Positions 11,953 through 27,420 are shown, numbered from the whole stretch's first letter. The stretch: 63,964 nt of DNA, filler included, from Syncephalis fuscata S228 (GCA_025786725.1; 5 parts of 5 records of this genome joined end to end with filler, not necessarily neighbours in it); one strand, 5' to 3'. The notes: generated by a model not told the origin, from the letters alone. Numbers and translations are program-made.

Positions 11953-14488
11953 ATGATAGGCCTCGCCGCTTTTCGTCGTCAGCATCCGTTGGCTGCAGCA
12001 ACCTATTTAAATAGCGCGCCTTCTCGTCTGTTCTCAAGAGGCTTGGTTATACTTCCCTTACTACAGCACCGCTCTAACCACTCATCTCCTACATTGATCA
12101 AGCCGTACGGTACACCTTTCAAAATGACTGTAACTACCTGGACCTATCCCACTGTACGTCGCGATGAATCTGTGAAGGAGACGCTGCACGGCAATGAGGT
12201 GGCCGATCCTTATCGTTGGCTTGAAGAGCCGGATAGCGAGGAGACAAAGGTTAGCCGGCATAGATAGCGTGCTATTTGCTACTTACTACGCATTGATAGG
12301 CATTTGTCGACGCAGAGAATGCAGTGACAACAGCCTATTTAAACCGCTGTCAAGAACGAGAGGCGTATAAGAATGCGTAAGCTAAATAAGCTATAAGTAA
12401 CTTGCCACTAATAATTATAATAAACTATATTAGACTCACTAAAGTATATGATTACGAAAAGATGGGCACGCCTTTTAAACATGGCGACCACTATTATGTA
12501 TTTCATAACAGCGGATTACAAGCACAAAGCATTCTTTACCAACAGAAATCGGTCGATGGCGAGCGAACTGTATTCTTTGATCCAAACACATTGGAGAAAG
12601 ACGGCACGGCTGCGCTTAGCACTTATTCATTCTCTGAATCTGGCAAGCTATTTGGCTATGCAATCAGCCGAAGTGGTAGTGATTGGGTCACCATACATGT
12701 GCGTTGTGCTGAAGATGGCCCACAAGGCAAAGCTGGTGAAGATTTGGTCGATGAAATTCAATGGGCCAAGTTTACTGGTGTTGTTTGGTCGCATGATGAG
12801 CTTGGTTTCTTTTACTTGGTAAGTATTAGCGATAGCCATACAATCAATACAGCATTTATTTATCAATGCATTAGCGCTATCCCGAGCCAAACGTTGGCAA
12901 AGATAAAGCAGGCACTGAGACGGGAAGCAATCAGAACGCCACAACTTATTATCATCGTCTTGGTACACCACAATCAGAAGATCAGATAATTACTGCATTG
13001 CCGGAATTCCCCGATCAAATGCCGCATGCTGTTATCACCGATGATGGTCGTTGGCTATTAATGTCTATTTCAGAGAGCTGTGACCCAGTTAACAAACTCT
13101 GGTTTGCTCGTTTGGATGAAGGTGGACGAGTACCCCAACAGCTAACATTTAACAAGGTTGTTGATAACTTTGATGCTCGTTATAGCTAGTAAGTGGAATA
13201 GTAGTAATGATTAATATTAATTGATAAATAAAATGACTGACTAATTAACTAATTTACTAGTATTACTAATGATGGAGACCGTTTCTATCTTATTACAAAT
13301 GCTAATGCACCTCGTTACAAAGTTGTCACGTATGATCTTGCCGCTCCAGAACAAGGATTTGTTGACCTTATTCCTCAACACGAAAAGGATGTTTTAGAAA
13401 CGGCAGAAGTTGTGGCTGGCAACCATCTTTGTCTTCATTACTTGAAGGATGTTAAGACAGCGTTGTACATTCACCGACTCGAAACTGGTGAAAAGATTTG
13501 CGATATACCCATTCCTATTGGTACAATTGTTGAGTCGGCTGGTCGCCGTAAAGATCAAGAATATTTCTTTAAATTTTTATCTTACTTGAATCCAGGTGTC
13601 ATTTATCGCTACGACTTTACGACTAATGCTCTGTCGACCTTTTACAAGACATCATTAACCGGATTTGACGGCGACGAATTTGAAACACGTGAAGTGTTTG
13701 TTAAAAGTAAAGATGGTGTTTCATTTCCAATGTTTATTACTGTACGTAAGGGCGTCACACTAGACGGTAGCCATCCAACTCTACTGTACGGCTATGGTGG
13801 ATTTTCCATCTCAATCCAGCCCGCTTTCAGTCCATCGTGGGTAACTTTTCTTAAACATTTCAAAGGTGTTGTTGCCATTGCCAATATTCGTGGTGGTGGT
13901 GAATACGGCGAGGCGTGGCATCAGGATGGTATGCTACACAAGAAGCAAAATGTATTCGACGACTTCCAAAGTGCTGCCCAATACTTATGCACGGAAGGCT
14001 ATACTAAACCAGGACTGCTATCCATTAAGGGTGGTTCCAACGGTGGTTTACTCGTAGCAGCTTGCGTTAACCAAGCACCAGAGCTATTTGGCTGTGGTTT
14101 AGCTGCTGTAGGTGTTATGGATATGCTGCGATTCCATAAATTCACTATTGGACATGCGTGGAAATCGGATTATGGCAATCCAGATGTTAAAGAAGACTTT
14201 GAATATATACTACGCTACTCACCATTGCATAATGTTTGTTCAAACAAGACTTATCCGGCATTATTGCTAACGACAAGTGATCACGATGACCGAGTTGTGC
14301 CACTGCATTCCTATAAGCTAATTGCCGAATTACAGCACAAACTAGCAATGAATCCAAATCCATTGATGATTCGTATTGATACAAAGGCTGGACACGGTGC
14401 AGGCAAGCCAACGGCCAAGAAGATTGATGAATGGGCCGATGAATATGCATTTATGTCAGTAGCGCTTAATTTGAAGTGGTATGCATAA
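11953..14488 (+). CDS. Prolyl oligopeptidase (peptidase S9A), 5 exons; second in-frame ATG at 12124
   Basis: [43 protein letters not shown], and catalytic-triad motifs [17 protein letters not shown] and AGHGAGKP. Four GT-AG introns restore the frame. Confidence 0.97.
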
Positions 14489-16049
14489 ATAAATAAATGA
14501 GCTACTTTATTAAATCCAATAATGATAATGATATGCGTATGTGTGAGCCTATCAATCTATTAAAAGTATACATTTCTTGGTTGTTATTAAATAATGACTA
14601 CTGAGTTGGCTAACACTAGTTGGCTATGAATTTGATGATAATCAAACCAAGTAATGGATGTACATAATAATAATAAATTCAAGTAAAAATAGATTAATAT
14701 GAAAGTGAAAACTATAAATAAAGACAACATACGTAGTAATAGCACAATATTGTAAAAATGTGTCAATATGCCATTGTTTACAATAAATAAATTTGTACAG
14801 GATATTAATAATGATATGTCTAAGCTATAATTTTTTTGATAACTGGTGCCATTTACCAGCAGCACCATGTTGGATAGAACGAATGTCTAGTTTTGCCATA
14901 CGAGTATCATCAAATTTACTTATTTGACCACTAATCATACTAAATGGTTAATAGAGTATTTAATATTAATACAATGACCTTGACATAAATAAAAACAACT
15001 TGCAAATCAATGATATCGTTATCAAAATGACTAATGTGTATGTAAATATAACAAATATAGCTATTTATAATCTATTAATAACCTAATATGATTCAAGTAA
15101 TTGAATAACACACCAGAGCTATTGGACATTATATCGTTATTACTTTTATAATAAAGCTATCTATTCAGAAGTATGTTAAATGGTAAATAGTATAAAAAAG
15201 TGGCCGTATTTACTAATACCTATAATTAAAGCAGCTATGGTACCACGTTGGGAATCGGCATTATGGTATAAATGCCGTGCTAAGTAATTAATATACATAT
15301 GCATACTTATTCAACGGTACAAAAAAGCAAGAGCAATGGCAATGTTCATTAACATATACATATACAATAGTTGCTACTCGTTATAATTGCAGCGACAAAG
15401 GTAATATTCAATTGATATGTGTGGCAATCAATGCCAATACATGTCAATAATATGTACATATTAGATGCAATATTAGCAAATATATATTTAAGCAACAAAT
15501 AACAAACATTACTAAAAGTTGTTAATAAACGTAAAATTGTCACTATTTAATTAACCAACTAGTACACTTTTTGATTAGTATTTGTGTAGGCTTGTATTAT
15601 CAAAATGGTAAAAAGGGAATCATTAAGGCTTTTTTTAGCAATCAATTAAAAAAATGTTTGTACAGCCAACTGGTAGTGCAGTATTAAGCATATTGTCATT
15701 TCCTAGCTAAGTCGCAATACAAATTGAATGCACAGGTGAAACTAACCAGTATATTTTACAACCGAGGAGTCGAAGCTAATTTACGTACTATTGTATATAT
15801 CTATAAAAAGCGTCACTTTAGTTTATTAATATTACTAATGCATCGGCGGTAAGTGCTGTTTAAGATAGATGCAGATATTATTAATTAAATTCACTAATAA
15901 CAGCAACGGCAAAACTACAGCAACACATTTCTATTGTTTTTACAAAACCAGTTGAAACTTTTGGACGTATGTCGTAATTACAATGAATGTGCATCTGTGT
16001 TTACTGACTATTGCTATATCTAACTAATGGCGCTATTAGTTAGTAGGTT

Positions 16050-16470
16050 GCACTGTATATTAATTGATTATACACTAATTACATAATATGTACTGTGTGT
16101 ATCAACAACTCAACATTAATAGGATGCAAGTGAACCCGCAAGGCAATTATTTAGGCGCTAATCAATTGTTCCGCACTGTTTTTTTAGCAATAATTTAATA
16201 TTAATAGGCAGTAAGTAACATCATCCGTATTAGTCGCCTGTGCATTAATTGCACTTTGCCCACCTTGTGTATCGACAACTCTAGATTAATAGTAAGTGGT
16301 TTTTTATGTTACTCGAATATAAACCAATGACATACTATGTAATGTGTGTATTAATAATCTAATACTAATACGCAGTATGTAATATTGCATATTAATTGCC
16401 TACGCATTAACTGCACGACACAAACTGTACGCGTTTAACAATATTAATAGCTGGCAAGTAGGATTACGTA
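16050..16470. repeat. Degenerate local direct repeats
   Basis: TGTGTATCRACAACTC..ATTAATAG at ~16096 and ~16267; related TATTAATTG...ATTAA units at ~16055 and ~16388. Confidence 0.4.
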
Positions 16471-16960
16471 ATGCTAATTCATTCACTAATGATATGGCAT
16501 GTTCTATTCGCTTCTAACAATTAAACATTAACCAAGTAAATATGTTGATATTGTATTTGTAAACAATTTTATTTTATTACTTATAAAACGATTACTCATT
16601 TTTAACAAAATTAAACGATATGGTTTAATGAATAGTTATGTGAAGACTTGCGCTTATCCAGTACAAGCTAAACACCTAGCTTTGATTCAAAATGTAATTA
16701 TTTATGATGGTTATACAGTTAAAGTAATTATAAACTATTTATGGTAGATAGTTATGTTTACCCTGATCCTTGATTAGGCTGACCAATTCAGTCGATTAGC
16801 CGTTTCCTGGCTACTCGCTCCTTGATATAACATGCACACGCATCTTTCTTTCACTCAGTTTCGTTTTTTGTGGATGCATTCGTGCCACATAACTCCTATA
16901 CACAACCATAAGCATCTGTCTTGTTGTTGTTTGAGATCAAGTCGGCAATAATAGTAATAA

Positions 16961-18853
16961 ATGTCGGAGCATATTCAAGAGCAGGGCCATGACAATATGG
17001 AATTGGACAACTTGCTATCGTCCGACGGCGGTGGTGAGGGCAATCATATAGAAATGACCGGCCTTTCTACCGGCGAAAACGGCCGGCCACGACGCCGTAG
17101 CAGTGTACGATCCTCGCCACGGTCTTCGTTTAGCTTTGACTTTGAATCGCCCTATCAGATTCCGTTGGCGCCAACATCGCTTCGTCCCAAAGCGCTTACT
17201 CGATTCCCCGTCACACTTAATCTAATGCACGGGCTTGGTTTAATCGTGGGCGTAATTATCGGCAGCGGGATCTTTGCCGCACCTGGTCTCGTATTACAAC
17301 GGGCTGGGTCGGTAGCGGGTGCAGCGATTGTATGGACACTGTGCGGTTTTATTGCAATGTTAGGTGCAGCTTGTTACGCGGAGCTTGGATGTGCACTGCC
17401 TACATCGGGTGGGGAGGCCGTCTATTTAGAACGTGCATTTGGTGAGCTGGCCGGATTTCTATACGAGTGGACTGCATTGGTTATTATGAAGGTGAGAGAA
17501 AATGCATTTATTTATCATTGCATTATAGTAAGTGATTGATACTAACGAGTGAGTAGCCGGGCGGTAATGCAATCATTTTAGTCGTATTTGCCGATTATTT
17601 CTGTCGGGCAGTTATAGGAACAACACCGGCCGATTGGGTAGAGAAAACGGTATCGGTGGCATTATTAGTGCTAGTAACAGCCATCCACTGTTGGAGTACG
17701 AAAGCTGGAGCGGCCGCCCAGTCATTTCTTACTTTATTGAAACTGCTTGTCGTAGCTGGTGTTGGCGTGACCGGTCTGTGTGCTCTTATATTTCAAGATA
17801 CCATTGTAAAGCAATCAGGCAATTTCAGCGATGTTTGGAAAGGCACATCAACCGATCCTGCCGACTGGGCCATTGCATTTTACACCGGCCTTTTTGCATA
17901 CGATGGATGGTAGGTGGCAATAACTGCAAGTGATTATAGCTGCCATATTAATATAACGATAACAATAGGAATAATCTTAATTATGTGACTGGAGAACTTC
18001 ATAATCCAGGACGCGATCTTCCCATATCAATTGGCCTTGGATTGCCGGTTGTTATGGTGTGCTATTTATTAGCAAATCTGGCCTATTGCGTTGCTTTAAC
18101 TAAAGAGCAGATTGTCGCTTCAGATACCGTAGCTATGGTAAATAGTTGATTATAATGAATTATACAATATTGACCATTAGATTAGGACTTTGCTGTTCGG
18201 TTATTCGGCCATGTTGGTGGTCTGGTACTGGCAGCCTGTGTGGCCATGAGTACATTAGGCTCGATTAATGGCTCATTATTTACAAATGCTCGCGTTATTC
18301 ATCGGGCTGCCACCCGTAAACATCTTCCAGTAATGTTTTCTCATTTACACCCCCATAGAAAAACACCCATTGCCGCATTATTACTTCAAGTAGCCATCAC
18401 ACTTATATGTGTCGTTGTAGGTAACTTTGAATGGCTGGTGCGTATTTGCGGTGTAGTGGCCTTCATATTCTACGGTGGATGTGCAGCTGCTGTACTCATG
18501 CTTCGTCGTAATGAGCCTGAACTTGAACGGCCAGTACGCGCGCCGTTATTCGTCGTATGGATCTTTCTACTCTGTGCAATAGCGCTGGAAGTGATTACCA
18601 TTTGGCGACAGCCCATAGAAGCACTTATTGGACTTGCTACACTATGTAGCGGCTTATTCGTATGGATAGTTGCGCTACGACGACAACAATTTATACAAAG
18701 TAAGTATTGGCACAATGAATACTAATAGCATAACTAACTAATTGAACAATAGCTATACAACGAGCAGGTCGATTTATTGGACTAGGTAATTGGTCAATTG
18801 GACGAACTACATTTGGTTCTGGCTATGCACGACAAACAGACGAGACATCGTAG
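16961..18853 (+). CDS. APC-superfamily amino-acid permease (LAT/Mup-like), 5 exons
   Basis: VIIGSGIF, CYAELG, SGGEAVYLERAFG, GLFAYDGWNNLNYVTGEL, GSINGSLFTNARV, RKTPIAAL and PELERP. The last exon ends QTDETS* at 18853. Confidence 0.95.
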
Positions 18854-18963
18854 TTGTTATTAAATAGTTAAAGCTATTTATTTGTTTTACTTGATTTACA
18901 ATTTTTTATGTATGCACGCTGAAAATAAATGAAATATAATAGAAGATGGAAAATAAGCAATTA

Positions 18964-20256
18964 TTAAAAGCGATATAAATGCTGTAACTGTTGAATGATG
19001 CCAGCCACTGTTCGATTGCACTGTTCATCGATAAGTAATTCATAGCAAATAATACGAATTTGTTCGGGTAGTAGCAGTCCTTTTAAAGAATTGGCAGACT
19101 TTTTGCTGTTGAGCCGCGTCTTTTTTTGTAAAGAATCGGCTATTTGTCGGTCCAATTCATCTCGACCACGCATATCGAGTACGTGGCGTAGACTTTTAAG
19201 TCGGACTAGTAGCTCTTGAAGAAATTCGGCTCGCTGAGGCTGTGACGCTACAGCACAAATAGTCATTAAAATTCCTTCAGCCGCCACTAATTTTGGCAAC
19301 TCTAAATCGGATTGACCAACATTAAGTAAAGTGAAATCCGAGAGTAGCGGATGTTCAAAAAAACTGTTAAGCAGAGCGTGTAGTTCAACTTCTTCTAGTC
19401 GGCCATCGGCTGCTTCTTGGCACATTAGATGGGCTGTATTCATTAGAATGGGCAAATGTTTAGCGACATCAGAGAATTCACGGAACCGCGGTAATCGATG
19501 GTCTTCTCGTGTGCAGAGTCGAGCAGCCAGTCGACACAAATGACCAGCTAGTAGGTGAGATTGCGTACTACGGCGCATACCACTAACAACAAGGTCGACC
19601 AGCCTTTCGAATGGTTCACGGAACGTCACAATACCTTGGTCACCGAAACGAACAAGTAGTGGTCGATACGATGAACTAGGATTTTCACAAGTATTCATAA
19701 GTTGAGTGAGTAATAGGTAGTTACGTTCACGGGTGTTTAAACAAAATAATTCTATGCAATTACTGCGTACTTGTGGTGTTTCCAAAGCTACTAGCAATAT
19801 TTTTAGCTGTTCGTCATCGGTAAATCTTAGCCAAGCCGGTGCATCTGTTGTGGTAAGCAGTGAGAGCGATGATGTTGAAGAGGATGCCGACGCCGATGAT
19901 GGTGGTGACGACGAGTAGGCTGAATGGGCACCACTTCTATAAGTACTAGAATCGTTTTTTATTGCGTATTGTCCATAGGGGTGCATTGCTGGATGTGGCA
20001 CACAAATACTTTGTGAAAAATTACGATTCATTTGTGGTGATGGCATAAGAATCTGACTCTGTGTACGTCTTATTGATACTGGATTAGTCGATACAGTAGT
20101 CTCTTCAACCGTTAGTTCATCCACCACTAGTAAGGTAGCTGGTTCCGTTGTCGGTTCCATTACCGTTACCGCTGTTGTTGTCGTCGTAGATGGAGAAGCA
20201 AAACGCATAGGCGTCTGCGGTAGATTTGGCAACGACGTCTTGCTAGTTAATTGCAT
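18964..20256 (-). CDS. Uncharacterised intronless protein (~430 aa): Ser/Thr/Pro-rich N-terminus plus Leu-rich helical C-terminal domain
   Basis: Long open frame with coding-like composition; first ATG at 20256 (MQLTSK); a pyrimidine/microsatellite tract lies upstream. Confidence 0.85.
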   Translation of the reverse strand: MQLTSKTSLPNLPQTPMRFASPSTTTTTAVTVMEPTTEPATLLVVDELTVEETTVSTNPVSIRRTQSQILMPSPQMNRNFSQSICVPHPAMHPYGQYAIKNDSSTYRSGAHSAYSSSPPSSASASSSTSSLSLLTTTDAPAWLRFTDDEQLKILLVALETPQVRSNCIELFCLNTRERNYLLLTQLMNTCENPSSSYRPLLVRFGDQGIVTFREPFERLVDLVVSGMRRSTQSHLLAGHLCRLAARLCTREDHRLPRFREFSDVAKHLPILMNTAHLMCQEAADGRLEEVELHALLNSFFEHPLLSDFTLLNVGQSDLELPKLVAAEGILMTICAVASQPQRAEFLQELLVRLKSLRHVLDMRGRDELDRQIADSLQKKTRLNSKKSANSLKGLLLPEQIRIICYELLIDEQCNRTVAGIIQQLQHLYRF

Positions 20257-21141
20257 GCTATTGTTATACGTAGAATTTAATGTGGACACGACAAGAATAA
20301 ACGAGCAAAAACTTAATATCTAAGCAAAGAAAATATCAATGAATCAATGGTTGCTAACGAAAGAAAAACACGGCTGTCTGTGGTTGCTCTCCCTTACTGT
20401 CTGTCTGTCTGTCTGTCTATATCTGAGTAGCTGTATATTTGAATGTATATCGCTCTGTGTCTCCACTTTTTCAAAAATAATACGCTCCTTATAACCGTTA
20501 CCTTTCAATGTACATTCCCCTGATAGTCATCTGTTTCCCCTTAATATAATCAACAGCCATTGGATATTGGCCAGGAACAGGATCAAGGAGAGCGTATTCG
20601 CCTTGACCATGACCATCAATTCTATATGGTAAGCTTTCCATTCGTTCATTCATTTAGTCATTCCGGTCTCTTCAAACTTGCTACCATGCATGTCGGTCAT
20701 CTTGTTGTTTGATCCATCTAAACGCCGATCCCTGCAACCCGTGTAAAGCAATGCAATAGCACTGATTATAATGGCAAATATACTGTTAATAATTATCTAA
20801 TACTGCTTTATTAAACTGTTTCATTTAAACACAATAACAGCCATGGTGCTATTAACTTGCTCTATTATTGTTATTAATAACTAATCAATTAACTATTGAT
20901 TATAATGTGTAGTACAGAATGATGCTTTAGAGTTTATTAAACAGGCAGTCCAACTAATTGCAGCCAATAAGCAACTGAACATCTTGATGTTTGATTGGCT
21001 ATTAATGATCATTTTCAGAATGGATTGCAAACACGCACGCACACATTTCTGCTTTAGCGTGTCTGTATTCACTTCTCTACTCTTTGGTGCTGTCTTGCAC
21101 ATTGTGAAAATAGTTTGTATTTTGGTCGATTGTGGTTTATA

Positions 21142-23014
<1,873 letters not shown>

Positions 23015-23230
23015 GAATAGCCAGCGATTTAGCTAGTAGTTAATATAGCTGGCCACTTTAGTTTATCGCAATATTTACAGTGTATGATGAAGATGTAATA
23101 AACTTTATGCAATAATATGCATTGATTTACATAGACGCTGCCGTATAACGGAACATACATGAGTGGGTACAAATTGTGAAGTGGTAGCTAAAATAAAATT
23201 GGATAACCATAATAGTATATTGAATAGTAG

Positions 23231-24462
23231 TTAGACATGATCGATATGTTTAGCTGTATTGGTGTTAAATGGTATTGAATGCTGATCAGTTGCTACTGTT
23301 ACCGATGTATTCGTTGGATCAGTGCAAGGCTCAATGTCATTATTCGGTGGGGGTGGTTCTACCGGATACGGTGTATTTTCTGGTGTTTGTGTAGTTGTTT
23401 CTGAGCTAGTATCTTCAATAAATGACTGTGCAGTAATGGTGGATACTGAAGAGGGTAGTAAATCATCATCGAAGTGATATCCAGAACTCTCCCAGGTGGT
23501 ACTACGTGAGGACCAATTACGGCTTCGTGGCTCCAATGATTCTAATGAGTTATCGTCTGCATAGTAGATATATTTCTTTGGGGCATAGAGGCATATTTCA
23601 TTGATCCCGTACCTAATGGCGATACAATGACGGATGGTAAACGATGGGCTACTGCCTTTACATCAATTTCTTGCACCTTTGCTATAATTCACAATAGCGT
23701 TAATATCAATATAAGTGCAAATGTGTAAATTGTAATAGCTACCTTGAGGAATTGTATCATTATTGATTATAATGGTATTTGGTTGATGTTGTTGTGATTG
23801 TGGTTGTAATTTTGCTGTTTCTGTTGTGACTGTTGTTGCGATAATGATTGATGGTGATGGTGATTATGATACATTGACTGAATACCCGAATCAATAGTAA
23901 AATCATAATCTGCATCAACTGCGTAAACTCCCGAATAAGTGTATAGATCAGATGTACTACTTAATCGGCTTATCGATGCTGAGGTGGAAATCGATAAAGA
24001 TTCGATGACTCTAACTCGCAAGCTGTAAATGGATCCTGAGAAGCCATTAGTTTTTGGTAGGGCGGCATACTAATAAACGCCGTTATTTTTTCTACTTAAT
24101 AGTGTTGTTATATTATTCACAGTAGTGCGTTGTGACAGTGACGCTACTGACGCTGGTGAGGAGGAGGAGGAGGAGGATTCGAGTCCTGGCTGTTCAGTAA
24201 CTGTATCTAGTCGTGTATCTTGATAATCACCTATGGGTGGGTGAACGGTGTAGCCACCACCAGTGGAAGAGAATTTTTGTTGATTGCCGAGTCGATTAAA
24301 TGGTTTATTGTTATGTGTTGATGCGGCACGAGCTACACCACCTGAAGATTGAAAAGCAGCTGCTGTCTGTTGTGACTGCGATGGATGTGGTGGTGGTGAG
24401 GATGATGATCCTGATGGTAACGCAGATGGTGGCGGTGGCGGTGGCGGCCGTGTTTGGATAGT
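23231..24462 (-). CDS. 3' part of a Ser/Pro/Gln-rich low-complexity protein gene, cut by the linker
   Basis: Reads PPPPPPSALPSG..., then HQPNTIIINNDTIPQ|AKVQEIDV...EPRSRNW...IDHV* across a GT-AG intron (~23742-23683). Contains frame breaks. Confidence 0.65.
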
Positions 24463-24562
24463 NNNNNNNNNNNNNNNNNNNNNNNNNNNNNNNNNNNNNN
24501 NNNNNNTTAATTAATTAANNNNNNNNNNNNNNNNNNNNNNNNNNNNNNNNNNNNNNNNNNNN
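24463..24562. other. Artificial contig linker
   Basis: N44-TTAATTAATTAA-N44. Confidence 0.97.
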
Positions 24563-24889
24563 AATATTAATATAATTATTATAAATGTTGTTTATTAAAC
24601 AGCTACTTCCCTTATAGCTAATCTGACTAAGTAAAAGACATTTTGAACAATTAATATCCTAATTATAATATATATATATATATGTTAAAGTAATAATAAA
24701 GATAACTAATTAATTACATTATTGTATTGATAATTACACATGAATCAATTAATGTTGGATGTAATATTATACATGTTATAGTAATGAGTAAATGTTTAAT
24801 TGTATTTAAAAGTAAAGGAGTGAAGTAAGTAAATATAAATGTAGGAATCAACATACAATAACTTATATATACTAATTAATAGACTCATG

Positions 24890-26130
24890 TAATTTAGTGT
24901 CAAAAGACCAAAATTGACATCCTTTACTTGATTGAACTACACATTTGTTGTTCTATTAAACATGGTGATAAATGGCGAGTGACATTAAATAATCAAATTG
25001 TAATGCTTTGAATACTTTATAACAATAATAATATGGATCAACATTTATTTATTGCTATAATTTATTTATTAGTTATACTATAATAATAAATCACAATAGT
25101 TATTGATATAATATTACTCACCGCTCATTATGATTATATATATTAACATGCACTAGGATATAGTCTGTATGCCATCAAAGCTGTTATATACTTTGATTTG
25201 CTTAGATTGCTAACATAGTCATTGCACTGACTGCTGTATATGACGAATGTGGTGACCAAATGCTACTAAACTCGCTGCATGCTTTGGTTTGCCATAGATC
25301 ACCACTGCAGTTGTTTTAAAAGTAGTAGTAGATTGCACTTTTAGTACGGCCACTGAATAACATTTCAGTACCATACAGTGCGATCTACTACTGTCGCTAC
25401 TGTATATGCTATTACCAGCACGATCTATAGTGGCAATCTATAGCAAATCAAGGCATATAGTAGCTTTGGCAGCATATGGTCGCTACATTCGTCGTACTGG
25501 CAGTTGTGCATATACAATAGCGTAATCTGCAATGATCCATAGCATAAACAAAGTGTACAACGAGACTTCACAGCATATGCTCAAAATAACATAAAACAAG
25601 CCAGGAATGCACTTACCATGTCAATAAAGCTGCCAAAAGCAACGATCAGAGCAAGGAAAGTGATTTGCAAAAAAAGGTCAGATTACAAAAGAGCAATGCA
25701 AGTACATAGTGTAAATAGTGTTTGTACATAACTAGTAGTCAGTCAACTACTGACACTATTTATATAATACATATAGAGTGTACAAGTATATGCAATGGAT
25801 ATATGCAATCAAGTGTGAAGAAAGAGAAAGGGAAATGTGATGACGTAGATTGTGAGATGTGAGCCTGTCAGTCAATATTTATAAACAGTCGAGTTTAATT
25901 CATTAATAAATGGAGTGTGAAATAATAAAAGTCAATCTACCCAACATGTCGATACATCATAGAACAGATTAATAGTAAATGAACAAATGCATTGAGAATA
26001 AAAGTTATTTACCCCCAAAACTAAGTTATTATTATGAAACATACTCATCAATAAAGTAATGTATAATAAAAAGAGTAAAGCCATTTAACATCAAATGTCA
26101 TTATTATAAAACATACTGTCAATAAATTAC
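24890..26130. mobile_element. Non-autonomous modular repeat element, copy 1
   Basis: Collinear with 57900-59210; 25700-25970 is nearly identical to 58790-59065. Module-A end on the left, ~70-bp tandem units on the right. No transposase ORF. Confidence 0.7.
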
Positions 26131-26299
26131 TGCGTGTAATAGGAAATACAATCAAAGTCGATGTTTTTTAAAGGCAAGTGTAGTCATAGAAGGTGTCATT
26201 ATTGAAATAATGAAATGTAATTATATTTTAAAAGATGGAGCAATAAATTAATAAATTAAATGAATAAATAAATAGTGCGATGTTAATGCTAGTAGAAAC

Positions 26300-26686
26300 A
26301 TGCACAGTATATCCAGTGCAGTGGTCAGTGGTGAACCAAGGCCTTCTGATATCTTACCGTTTATTACTATAAGAAATCAAACTGACACTGTTGCATCAAC
26401 AGCATAATTAAATTATAACATTTTATTGTAAGTAGCATGAAATACTGTTTAACATTTATTAACACTGATATTGGATATTAAAGATAGTACTGATTAATTG
26501 ACACTGATCAATTCAATCGAAGTTAATGTGGCACTGCTTCAACAAACAAACCCCCTCTCAGTAGTGAAAACTGATTGACAATTTATTGTTCAAATTATTG
26601 ATCTTTTGTCCCAGTTTGAAGCTAGTGATCAAAGTGAAGTAGCTCATTTATTTACTCAATATTTACGTAATAAACGCACTGTTTAA
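26300..26686 (+). pseudogene. Possible decayed coding fragment
   Basis: MHSISSAVVSGEPRPSDILPF... and ...VQIIDLLSQFEASDQSEVAHLFTQYLRNKRTV*, with a GTAAGT donor at ~26428 and in-frame stops. No family recognised. Confidence 0.25.
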
Positions 26687-27078
26687 ACAATTAACATCTG
26701 TTTGTTCAAGATTTAAAGTTTAAACGTGACATTGCCATTAAATAAATGTAGTGCGAATGATGCTATATTTATTATATTAATTACTATAATCAATAATCAA
26801 TAATACTAATAAGAATTGTAATACCGTTGACTTTATGATTAACTAAATGAATTAAACAGTAAAAACTAAACAATAGTTAGCGCAATTGTAATAACAACTA
26901 AACAAGTGTTTATTTTAAAATAAAATTTTTATTATGATTATTATACTATCAAACACTAATACATATATATTAATCAGTAATAAAGGAAATGCTATACTCG
27001 TAGCACCTTGCGGCTCTGATTTTGACAAATAACATTATCCGGATTATAAATATCACAGGTTTATATCGAGTTGTCTGG

Positions 27079-27420
27079 TTAACGTGTCCAGTCGCGTGCA
27101 TGGTCAATAGCTCGCTCCATGGCCAAATTGCTACGGCGCTGCCATCGGGAAAACGACCAATAGGCACGCAGTATGGCCCATGTAAGTAGGTCGCGTAGCT
27201 TGCCCACGTAGATAAACCATACAAGCTCCCACGCACTCTTGTATGCAATCTTTTGTATATAAGCAATTAAACGACCTCGCACACGGTCCACCAGTGGCGC
27301 GGGACGTCGTTTCTGCTCGAGCAGTGCAATTCGGGCTTCTAGCCGTTTCATTCGGTCATTCATTTCTACTAATGTCGTTTCCAGCGAAGTCGCTGGCTGT
27401 AATGAGCCCGAAGACGACAT
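27079..27420 (-). CDS. Small protein (113 aa): coiled coil plus Trp-rich hydrophobic segment
   Basis: ATG start and GC-rich island. Heptads LETTLVEMNDRMKRLEARIALLE followed by AWELVWFIYVGKLRDLLTWAILRAYW. Confidence 0.7.
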   Translation of the reverse strand: MSSSGSLQPATSLETTLVEMNDRMKRLEARIALLEQKRRPAPLVDRVRGRLIAYIQKIAYKSAWELVWFIYVGKLRDLLTWAILRAYWSFSRWQRRSNLAMERAIDHARDWTR

